Source: Styela clava
Lineage: Eukaryota
Reading direction: 5' to 3'
NCBI RefSeq assembly: GCF_964204865.1
Contig: NC_135264.1
Coordinates: 9,424,001 to 9,488,000, forward strand
DNA: 64,000 bases
Below, one piece after another: positions 33,712-44,731 of this stretch. The translations under genes and the position numbers were made by a program. Below the pieces are notes generated by a model. It saw only the letters and a program-made list of their open reading frames with translations, did not search any database and was not told the DNA's origin. Each line of letters opens with the position of its first letter. Position 1 is the first letter of the stretch.

Positions 33712-35278
33712 AGTCGAAGGGCTTGTTTATTGACACCTTACGGTTATTACTGAAGCTCGTAAATGGCGCCTAGATGGTTGTTTGGATCGTTAATATTTTT
33801 TTATCCGGTTCCGGTTTTTATCTGGCATGTCATGGCGAAGACCAGTATAAATTACCTTAACTGGTTGCTGCTTATGTTAAACTGAAAAAGAAAACGCGGA
33901 TAGAAATGCGCACCTAGCATATTAAACCGTCGAATTTCCAAATTTCGCCAAAGTTGGAAAACGATTTCGCGATAGAAGTAAACTTTATTCAGTACAGATT
34001 ATTATTTTGCATTTTTGACCCAAATTGTCTCTGAAACAAGACTCTAACGAGCACAAACATGTATCAAACTGCGGGTTGAAATGTACCGGACTCAAAAACC
34101 CTTTTTAATCACTTTTCTACATTCAGTATATATTTGACGTTGTATGGCACCGATTAATTTATTTAGACGTCAATATGTTACAAAAGTACATCAATACACA
34201 TGCAACACGGTCCTTACCAGAGGTCAAATAAACCTGAAATGTACGATTAGAACTAATGGAAAATTTGGCATATATTGTACAGTATATGCAAGCTCACAAG
34301 TAAATGATGAATACTTACTATCAATTTTCGAAAACTGATGTATTAGTTTCATACCGGAATCGTGTTCGGAAAAATCTTTCGTTTCCTCAGCTTTACATAA
34401 ATTAATATGTATTATGCAACCATGGTCTTTATAACAGAAACATTTTGGTTATCATATATTTCACCGTCTGGTGGATAAAATATAGATGTTGACGTCAGCA
34501 ATTCCAAGTGCAGCAAACCTTCCGGATTTTGCTTCTTTTCAATGTAAATACCTATAGTAGAGAGGAAAGCTTCGAATTTCAAATGGCATATCCGCTTTTG
34601 AATATTGGCAAAGAGAGCACATTGATTTTTGTCACCCAAACCAGAATTCTTCAGTTTTGGTCCAGTGATTTTTCTGGTCTGTATTTAAAGTCAGTCCACT
34701 TTGAACACATCAAACGCTTTTTTTTATATAATACTTAAATTAAATTCATATTCTTTACGTTCATAAATACTGTAGTCGCGCCAATACAGTTTATTTATAT
34801 ATATATTATAAAAGGAACGTTTGGCTAACTATCAATAAGACAGTCAATTCATCCTTTAATTCCTCTAATTTGAGTATTTTTCAAGATATACAACGACGAA
34901 AATCTTTCAAAATGCATGATCAATAGTAAATTACTACTGAATAGTGAATACATCGCAAGACTTTATACAGCATCAACTTATAGCCAAACTTCCTAGAACA
35001 GTCCTCGTTGCAATCAACACAGAATCTAGGCTACTTCAGATTATGGAAAAATACTACTCAATCGAGTTAAATCTAATTTTGCTGATAATCAATCATGCAA
35101 TAAGTTCTTCGTGTCATTCTTATGGTGCAATAACAAATAATAGTATTGTGTATATATATATATATTGTTTGTAGCTATTAAATCTTTACAACATAGTAAC
35201 GAATGTGTTAGTGCATTTGTATTTTGATAGCATGATTAAGTTATCACTGCAATTTTATTGAGCAAAGAACAAAGGAAT

Positions 35279-38200
35279 TTAAAGAGAAGTATTTTCATTT
35301 TCGTAAGCAATATTGTCCATTCCTGTGAACTCGGGTGAATCGTGTTCATGATTTAAGCCATTCACTTCTTTTTTTATTTGATTGCTGGTTCTTCTCTTAT
35401 TTTTTCGACAAGAGCAACAGTTACCAAACAAACTACTGTATGGCTTGAGCGAGTGCATCCATAGCGGTAGGAACTCCCAAGTTCTTAATTTTTCCGGCAG
35501 CCTTTTTGGTATCTTGGATTGCAGTATTGAAAGTATGATTACTGGTATTAATACAAGCGCTACTGCAATGAGAAATCCCCACAAAGCCCATTCGTCCGCG
35601 ATTGACAATCCCAAGACGAGAGTGGGAATAAGAAAGAAAACAAAAATTAAATAAACGACAGCGAACCAGCGATGTTTCGCTGTTTTGTTACCGAGTGCTT
35701 TTGCACCTTTGATAGGTATGTTACGCATGTGCGGTATGGGGTACCAGATCAAAATTCCGGTGATGTTAAAAAAGAAATGGCACAACGATAACTGTAACGC
35801 ATGATGAAGCTTGTTTCCCGACGACGCAAGTGCGGCGAGCAGACCAGTGGTAGTTGTGCCGATGTTTGATCCCAGTGTCAAAGGAAGCATCCGTTTTAAA
35901 CTAATGACTCCTATTCCAACTAGAGGAGTTATTGTTGAAGTGAACACTGAGCTGCTTTGCACCAGAAATGTAAGACCAGCACCGACAAGTATTGCCAAGT
36001 AACCTAAATATAAAAAGCAGTTGATATAGAATCAAAGCGACAGAAAGGGATCGTTCAGGCTTTGTACGGCCTGCATAAGGCAGTCATTTATAGAAAGATT
36101 GGAAATGACCGGAATCTTATAGGTGTGCCATTCGGCGAAGTGGTGGGTATCGGTTGTCCGGTGGACCGAAAGTATTCGGACTCAATTCAAGCCCACCACT
36201 ATTACACCATGGTCTTACGCGATTGGAGTAAATTGGGATTTTGGTTCTGTCGAACCAGGTTCAATTAACAAAAGCTTGAAATTGAGACATTCATCATGCT
36301 TTGACAATGTAGTTAGGGTGGCGTGCTACTTTCTTTACCGCCTGACACTTTTTGATAAATATTAAAATGTTTCTGAAGTGTATGAATATTCGATGATGGA
36401 AATAATAGAGACAGATAATAAACAATTAATTTGAAATAAAATTTCCATAAATTACCAGTCAACCATCCGAATGGATATGGGAAGTTCGTGTTTATAACTT
36501 TTTTGATTATCCGTGCAATGTTTCCTTTGAGCATCGATGATAGTAGTTTGACCATTCCAGTGAGGCATATACACATGGCAACTAATGATATTATAAGAAG
36601 AATAGCTCCAACCCCAGCGTCAGTTATCCCGGTGTTTGCAAAAAGGAAGTCGTCCATGTCACCTTAATTGAAGGAGAAAATCAATTTATTCAAGTCCCTT
36701 TGATGGATGAAATTAGGTTATATATACTCAGCGCACAACGATATATATGTATATGTATATCGCCTATATGCAACCGTCGCAAATGCGACGAAAAATTAGA
36801 CGAATGGAGTTTCTCTAGCTATTTTTAGTTCTCGCTATGTCTTGTACTCTGGATAAATTGCTCTGGTCTAAATATTAAATCCACCAATTATTATATTATG
36901 ACCTAACAGCGCAATAAGGTTCACTTAGAGTGAGTGTGGTTGATAACGTGATATCCATATACAGCCAAAAATATACATATAGCGCCAACTAAATATCCAT
37001 ATAGAGCCAACCAAATATCCATATACAGCCAATTAATATACAAATACCGCCATTTTGGTGATGTACATACACATACAATGTCATATATATATACAGCCAA
37101 GTAGATCACTCAATAGACACATAAAGACAGCGAGTGAAAGTGATGCAAAAGTCAATATCATATGCATATACAGCCAAATTTGTATACATATATGGCCAAT
37201 CGAGTAATGTTCATACACAATCAATGTAATATGCTCATATGTACTACGCAATATACTTATACAGTCGCTCAAGTAATGTACACAATCAGCCAATGTCATA
37301 TGTACGTATATTCAACCTGGAGGCATTTAAGCGATGTCATAAGCATATACAACAAATTTAAGATATATATATGAAGCCATTCCCATTTGATTATTTCGTG
37401 AACAGTTTATTGACAGTAGCCGAAGAATAGTTCTCTGAAAAGAGATTTTCAGCCAGCACATTTCTCATGCCATCCAAGATGAGCTGTTGTTTGATTGGTT
37501 TGTGGACAGTTACTTGTGTAATCAACGACCAGCTGTTGCGGGGTATAATAATATTAGAGGTTGGTACCTATTGTATAGTTATCATGTACTACGAACACTG
37601 GGTAGTTTTATGTCTTTTTGTCCGCAATCAACATGTAAGTAAAGCCTTACCCCCGCATTCTAATACCTTATCGATCCCTGGCCGCTTTGGAGTTTTTCAC
37701 ACTTTTTAATTGCTAATTATATGGGCGACCCGTAATGTGCATATAATTCGTAGATGCAACCGCGTATACATAAATTGTATTCTTACGGAATGATCTGGCA
37801 GTATTTGTACATCACCTTTATTGCTGTATTTGTATATTGCGTTGGCCATATATGACTTGGCAGTATATGTATATTTGGTTGGCTGTATAAGTATATGAGT
37901 TGGCGGTATATGCATATTTTTGGCAGTATATGTATGGAACGTTGTCAACCCTATCTCTTAGAGTTAGTCAAACGCCCGGAGGAATTGAAAAACTAGCAAA
38001 CTAATCTCATACCCGACATTGACTGGTAACTGCTGAGAGGCCGTGGTACGCCCTATGATTATGCCGTCTAATCGGATTTCCTCTCCCTTGGCTAAATTTG
38101 TGAATCCTGTCCTACAAATTCATATACTTACACAATCTGGTTCCGACTTTGATTTTATGCTCAACTTCTTCGGTTAAAGAATAAACACTTCTGTTTCCAA

Positions 38201-41200
38201 TGAGATCGGTTTCATTATCCATTATTCTCATTCCAGTATCGTTAAAATACTTCACGCTCTCGTTTCGGTAAATTATTGCATCATCTCGTTCACACCAAAT
38301 CTAGTGTTCAGATAGAATACTTAGGAAAATTCGTTACATTGCGGGCAATCGGACGCGAAGAAAAACAATGATACTATACGCTTAAAATCGATATCATAAT
38401 ATAACACGGTTATAAAGTGACATGAGTACAATTCATGGATCTTTTGTAAAAAGCCCCGCCACTTATGCAAAAAAATTGAGATTCGAGAAAAACACTCCCG
38501 ACACGTTTTAAAATAAAAAATTAGTAATTATCCAGTTAGGCTTGGGGGTCGGATTAGAATTGATTTGAAAACTTGAATTTCCGGCGCAAGCTGTAGTTTA
38601 ACCAGATAATGACTATTCTATTTATTTTGAGCAGTGGAGGCGGTTGCTCAACGACCTCAACGACCATACATACCTTTACCATACTGCTGTCTGGTTCCAA
38701 ATATTGATCTAACGCAGCATATGTGATGACTGTTTTATTCACGGAAATAATCTTCGAAGTCAGAGGTTTTGTGAGAACCTGAAATACAGTTTGATTACAG
38801 GTTTTATCGAAAATTGAGCAAAAAACTTAATATGGCGCGGCGGTGTGGCTCAACGGGCTAAGCGCTAGGAATACGCTCGCCACCGCACCTTTTTTTACAC
38901 TGCGTGGGTTTGCAGGTTCGAATCCCATGCAGGGATGGTTATGTGCGAGAGGATTGCTGGACTCCTCGCCGTCGTTGGGTGGTTCACGAAACCGCTGGTC
39001 GGTTACGGCTTCCTCCACCACCAAGCCCATGCTTCCGAAAACAAACAATATAACTAATCCCATACCCAACTTGGAGTGGTAACCGGACGAGGGGTCGTGG
39101 TTCGCCATATGGATAAGCCGTCTTATCGGCTTTCCTCTCCCCCGGGATAAATATGTAAATCTTATTCCTATCCCTTATTTCAGTTACTTTATTACTTCAG
39201 GTCCGCATGAAAGTACGAACACAAATAGGCATAGTATGAACGAGAGAGCGATGATCAAATGTCGTTATGTTACCAAAGTGAATTCTACCGTATGTCATAT
39301 AACTGTGTTTCCATAAATTAAATAAACCAACAAAATTTGAGTTGAACAGCCACCGCAGGACTCGAAAGAAAATAAAAATGAATGAAAATTGAAAACTTAT
39401 AAAATTTAACCAAAATTCCGTGAATAAATTTTCTGAGACTGGATATTCGATTGAAGTACATCGAACAAATTGACTCTTTCTGTTCACTGACCCGTCCGAT
39501 TATACCAGTTTGTAACAAAAATAATGCGATTATTGAATTAGAACAGCTATGACAAATTTTGTTCAGAATTGACATAATGCCTATAGGCGACAAGCTTAAA
39601 AATAATTTCATGTTTTTGCAAATTTCTTTTCTAAGCTAACGAATTAATCCGAGTCCACGCCGGCAGGCACGCAGTGAGTTTTACCTTCAACAAATCTGGT
39701 GGTTTCTGTCCTGTTTCAATTGTAAATCCATACAAAATTGCACCCGTTAGTTTTTCAAGATAATGAAAAATAAGTTCAATCGGCAGAAGAACTAAAACAC
39801 ACAACAGATTGAAAATATCATGAATTGTAGCTCCTGCGAATGACCTATAAAAGCAATGAATAAGGATTTCTGGTTACAGTAATATTACGCTCTCAAAATT
39901 GTGACTTTACGTGTTTAGTACGAAGACTAACTAATGTTATCATCTCTGCAAAACTGTTTTGTTCTTTGGGCCTATTAAAGCAATGCACAGCTCTACCTTT
40001 GCTGGGCCTACCGGTTACCAAGATACGTAATACAAAATGTTTTTATTTAATAAAAAAAATCTAAAATTTGTAGTACCATTCAAGTTTTGTGAATCTTGTT
40101 ATTGGCATCCAAATTGTAAATCAAAATGATGCTAAACCGAATTGGATGGCTATTTTATTGCACTCGGTATCGCTGATATAAGTCGAATAATCACTTATGA
40201 GATATAACAACTATAAAAAAAATTTTGCAACCAAACCTTCGAAATTCTTCTCGATCGGCCGACTGAGTGAGCGACACAATGGTATTTGTGACAGACGTGC
40301 CAATGTTGGCTCCCATTATAAGGGGAACTCCACTCCTAACGCTGATCACTGAAAGATGAAAAAATCGAGTTTAGTCAGATGGGGAAAATGCATAAATAAA
40401 ATCGACTGATCGAAGGTCGGAAAACTAATTCTGACCACTAAGCGAAATGAGTTGCAATATGTATGTATGTACGACATGTCTGTAATATGTATGCTTTTAA
40501 ATAAGTCATAGCTTCCATTGTTAACTAGAGAAAATCTGTAATCTAATTGTATTTCCCACAACCACATAAACAAAACAAAAAACATAAACAATTTAGCAAA
40601 AAATTTTTTAGTTCACGTTTCTGATCTGTTTTACCGACGTTTATACAAGATAATTTGTTTACAAAAATCGCCGACCCAATTAGCTTGAAATTTTAGGTTA
40701 TATAATTCTTTGACGGTACAGTTAAAAAACTCGGAATAATAAACTCAAATATTACAGTGTTTGATAGTAAATCTACTTCTCGAACGATAAAGTGTGTGGC
40801 TTCTGCCCTGGCTATACCGCTACCCGAACTATTGTAGCGTAAAATTTTGGTTTAAATATGGTACGGTAAAAAGTTCATGAACAATCAACCGTATTTCATA
40901 GTTTTTAATTTTAATATGTACAAATATTCATCTCCATCAACCTAAAATATTACATGATTTTGAAGCGAATTATGTACCATATGAAACGTGCAATTCAATC
41001 CTATTTGGGAGCAAACTTTTTTGTTGAAAACAGTACTTTTTTAAGCAGCTTTCTATGCAAAATTTTTGGGAATTATCTTGAGTAATGAATAGATTTTGGA
41101 ATATAGCTCGTTAGCTCGTGCGATGATTTTAATAAAATGAAACTCGAGTAAATAAACATGTTCTCAGGTATTATTTGACGTAGGCCTACGTTTCCCGGAG

Positions 41201-44200
41201 ATTCGATTTCATTGTTTATTTCCGCAACAGTGAGCATTCAGCAATAAGTCAACAATGACGTAATAATTAAATTTTGTGTGGCCGCTCAGACAGATATTTA
41301 AGAATGGTTGTGAACATTGCCTCGTTTTTGCGAATTTTGTAACAGTTTTTAGTGATCTTTCCAAAAAATAGTTGAAAATCGAATACCTCTATTTCCATCA
41401 TGTCTTCCGAGGTGCTTCAGTTTAGTTGTAATAATCAAAAATTTAGTTCTTTAAAATCTGTGATAGACTGAACTAAAATTAGCTGTCAGTAATTGTAAGC
41501 GACACGTAGTTAAATGTTTTTGAGAAAAATTATGGTTTTGAAGCCAGTTTTTCTGCGCAAACTGTCCTAAACAGTTTTAAAGCAAGTTAAAAAAATTTGC
41601 AACAGTAAAGTATAGGGAAAATTGTTTTCAGTTTAAGCTTTGGAAAACATCCATTGACATGATTATCAGATTATGGTCAATTGTCTGCGAGCCATTCTCG
41701 GGAAATTAAAAAAATCATTTTGATTTGCGTTTGTGCATTGTTCATACTTGTTATTCAAGATTTTATCGGGTCTAGTCGTTATTACAATCGTTTTCGTTTG
41801 CTCGGCAATACGATAAGTAATATATTTTATTAAAGCATCAATGACGGACTCTCGAAACACAGTTATTTTTTACTTGTAATATGCAAAAAAAACGATATTT
41901 CTGTATATTCCTTCGAAAGTATAACAAACACATATGACAGCTAGTGCCTGCTAACCTGAGGCAATGAATTACGTCATTTGTTTGTCACAATCCATAACTG
42001 TTGAAAAGTAGAGCAAAAGTTGTTTTAACACTCTAAAGCAGGCCTGGGCAAGTTGCGTCCCGCGGGCCACATCCGACCCGCAGCAACGTTTCATCCGGCC
42101 CGCAAGCAGGTTTACAGATTTAGACACTTTTTTTCATGGGCATATAAAATATACTTTAACTGTGAACAGAAGAAATTTTTAGCATAATGAAAAAGTCGGT
42201 AATAACGTTCTACTATTTTTTTTAAATTGTCGATTGTTTTCGTCAGTGTGATGTTTTATTTAGACCTTGAACACCTTTACGTCGGTGAATATTCTCTTCA
42301 AATCACAAACTCCTTTCGACATACATATATGTCTTGTATACGGAACTGTGAAACCACTGAGAAAAAAGAATTATTATATAAATATCGGCGACGAGGTGCT
42401 AAAGATAAACAAAGGAGTGATCTTTAACCAACCTAAATCTAGAATAAAGAGCGGCAATACAAAAATACTAAAAATGAATGAACAGAAGCAGCACGATGTT
42501 TGGCCACCGAAGGCATGGTCCTAATTCCGCAATATTACTCACTCTTCAGCATCAATTATGCAAGCGTGCCGTTTCTCTGATCCTATGTATTCTCTCGAAA
42601 CTTTCAGATTTATGTTTTCAACTAGCTTAAAGAATTGTGCTTAGAATACCAATTTTAACAAAGTACAATACTAGGCCTATTTTGTTTTATTTAAATGTGC
42701 AATAGAATACAATGTATAAATGTGCAATGTATGTTGACTTCACTTAGTCCGGCTCACCGCTGCATTTTGAATATTCAAGGTGGCCCGATTGCAAAAATAA
42801 TTGCCCAGCCCTGCTCTAAAGTCACACGCTTCCCATAGAGGGGGGGGGGGGGCGGCTATTCCTCACAGGGGAGTAATTTTGTCGTTGTTAAGTAAAAAGT
42901 TTTGCTTTGTATCGCTGTATTATTACTAATTTTTTTTATTTCTTCATTATTTTCGGGACACTTTTTTATGCACGCATTATTAACTGCCTAAACATACACT
43001 GCCTAAATAGTTGGGGACCATTGCTGAAAAGAAACTGTTCGTGTGTTAAGTGCAACATAAAAATGCCAAGTTATATACTCACAATCCACTGACGTCATCG
43101 TGATAAAAATTGATGTCGAAGTCGATGAACTTTGAACTAGAACAGTTACCAAGATTCCGATAATTAACCCTGTTATTGGGTTGGAAAGAATCTCGTTTTT
43201 CGTGAAAATGTCACCGGCCGTTTTTCCAGCTGCAAAAAGGTCATTATTAAAGCTTCATTCTCAAGCACTGTAAAACTGTTCCGGGTCCCAAAAGTGACAT
43301 TTCACACATTTTATGCAACCCACATCGCCCCTACTCTTCCCAATTCCCTCATCCAAACCTATTATCCATTACCTATTTTTATTTTTATATATTCGTCCGA
43401 ACAAAACTCTATGCAAACAGCGTATATGTATGAAAAGTTGTTGGGTCTGAACTGAAATATTCCAAATCTTTCCTATTCAGCATCGACTCACCTAATTTCT
43501 TAGATATTGGGTACTATAATTGATTTTCCGTATGAACTGAAGAATCTCTCCCCCAAGTTAGACCAACTGTAGAATCTCCACCCTAACTAGGACCATCTGA
43601 CCCTAACCCTACCAAATAATCAGTTCAGGTCAAATGAAGGATCAACTGGTATTCACCAGGTCAAATAAAGGATCAAATGGTATTATCGGCTTAGGTGGGT
43701 TGGGGATGGGGTTATTCTTAAGTTGGGAAACGGGATCAACTAAAGAATCTCCACCCCAACTGAAGCCCAAGGTGTGTCAAACCTCCCCGGAGAGGAGATT
43801 CTTCAGTTAAACCGATTTTCCTAACGGCCTAACTGACCTGCAGTTAAACCATTTTATTTATGTTGTATTACTTAAATATTCTAATTCTAATTAATAGTCA
43901 TTGTATAACTCACCTAAAACTTGAAAAGCCGACCCCATCAAACCCAAAGAACAAATGAAGAGGTAAAGACATCCGAGCACAACTATTAGTTTGGTTGTTC
44001 CGATGATAACTGCCTGAATTTTCTCTTTCATCGTTTTATCATTCCAACGTTGGTATTCATCTGTTGTAAACAACAAAGATATTTTTAGTTGGTATTTTTT
44101 GCAAGACCGTAAAAAATGATTCGAAAAAATTGTTTTACTTACAATCATAGTCTTCCGTTAATTCATATGGATCCAATTCTTTTTCACTTTTCTGCTGTCC

Positions 44201-44731
44201 ACCTAAGAAATTAAAGTCTCATTCAAATAAAACATAAGGGGTAGAATATGAAGGGCGCCGTTGCGTGAGTAGTGATAGAGACAAGAAAAATGAAATAATC
44301 GCGTCAAATCTTCATAATTCAAACCAAGTTGATTCAATTTGAAAACTATTTCAAATTCAAAATTCTAATTTACAGTCGAGACTTCATAAAGTTTATATAT
44401 ATATATATATATATCATAAGCATTTCGCATTAAATTAAAGTTTCTGTCGTGACCACAAGAAGATTTGAGTTGTATATTTGTGGTGGCATATTGTGGATGG
44501 AATCTGAACCAAGCTATTTTGTTTTTCAACCCAAAAACGAAAAAATTTGATTCAGTAAATTAAATAAAATATCATTAAAATGAAGAAAAAAAGAAAACAT
44601 CCCGGCTTTTGCTTGAAATCAAAAGTTCACGAAATGACTGAACGGTCTACTACTTAGCGGCTATCTTACAATAGCTATACGACAAACAAGTTACCTTCGA
44701 CTCCTGTATCCGCTGGAACTATATCTCCCAT
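35279..44731 (-). CDS. SLC34A: Sodium-dependent phosphate cotransporter, SLC34/NaPi-II family (IIb-like), ~622 aa
   Basis: Exons 44695-44731, 44143-44202, 43914-44060, 43083-43229, 40237-40348, 39685-39844, 38674-38778, 38132-38300, 36456-36662 and 35279-36003. All GT-AG with consistent phases; total 1869 nt. Two QSSS repeats ([20 protein letters not shown]), [27 protein letters not shown], an N-glycosylated loop, a C-tail Cys cluster and terminal TSL. Confidence 0.95.
36932..37956. mobile_element. Foldback-type element with modular, internally repeated TIRs, in an SLC34 intron
   Basis: Left GGTTGATAACGT plus an array of ~22-bp CATATACAGCCAA units. Right end has the inverted array TTGGC(A/T)GTATATG plus ACGTTGTCAACC. 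CTTAGAGT flanks both sides (36924-36931, 37957-37964). Confidence 0.75.
37990..38114 (+). mobile_element. Degenerate 5'-truncated copy of the SINE at 38834
   Basis: CTAATCTCATACCC..TGGTAAC..GCCGTCTAATCGGATTTCCTCTCCC..ATCCTGTCCTA aligns by eye with 39054-39172. Confidence 0.75.
38834..39174 (+). mobile_element. tRNA-derived SINE (~340 bp)
   Basis: Pol III A-box TGGCTCAACGG (38846) and B-box GGTTCGAATCC (38915), followed by a ~240-bp tRNA-unrelated body and an (ATCCT)-like simple-repeat tail. A second partial copy lies nearby. Confidence 0.85.
42039..42813. mobile_element. Non-autonomous hAT (Charlie/Buster-like) element, 775 bp
   Basis: TIRs CAGGCCTGGGCAA and TTGCCCAGCCCTG (12/13 match). Perfect 8-bp TSD CTCTAAAG (42031-42038, 42814-42821). 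GGCCCG subterminal motifs. Confidence 0.92.
43529..43814. mobile_element. 286-bp MITE with apparent 6-bp TSD
   Basis: Inverted AACTGAAGAATCTC and GAGATTCTTCAGTT, each 6 bp inside CG termini. Flanked by ATTTTC (43523-43528, 43815-43820). Internal AGAATCTCCACCC repeats and CCCTAACCCTA. Confidence 0.7.

Noticed and set aside
38834-38930. tRNA gene
   Set aside because: A and B boxes are present, but I see no closing acceptor stem. It continues into a repeated body and tail, so it is a SINE head.
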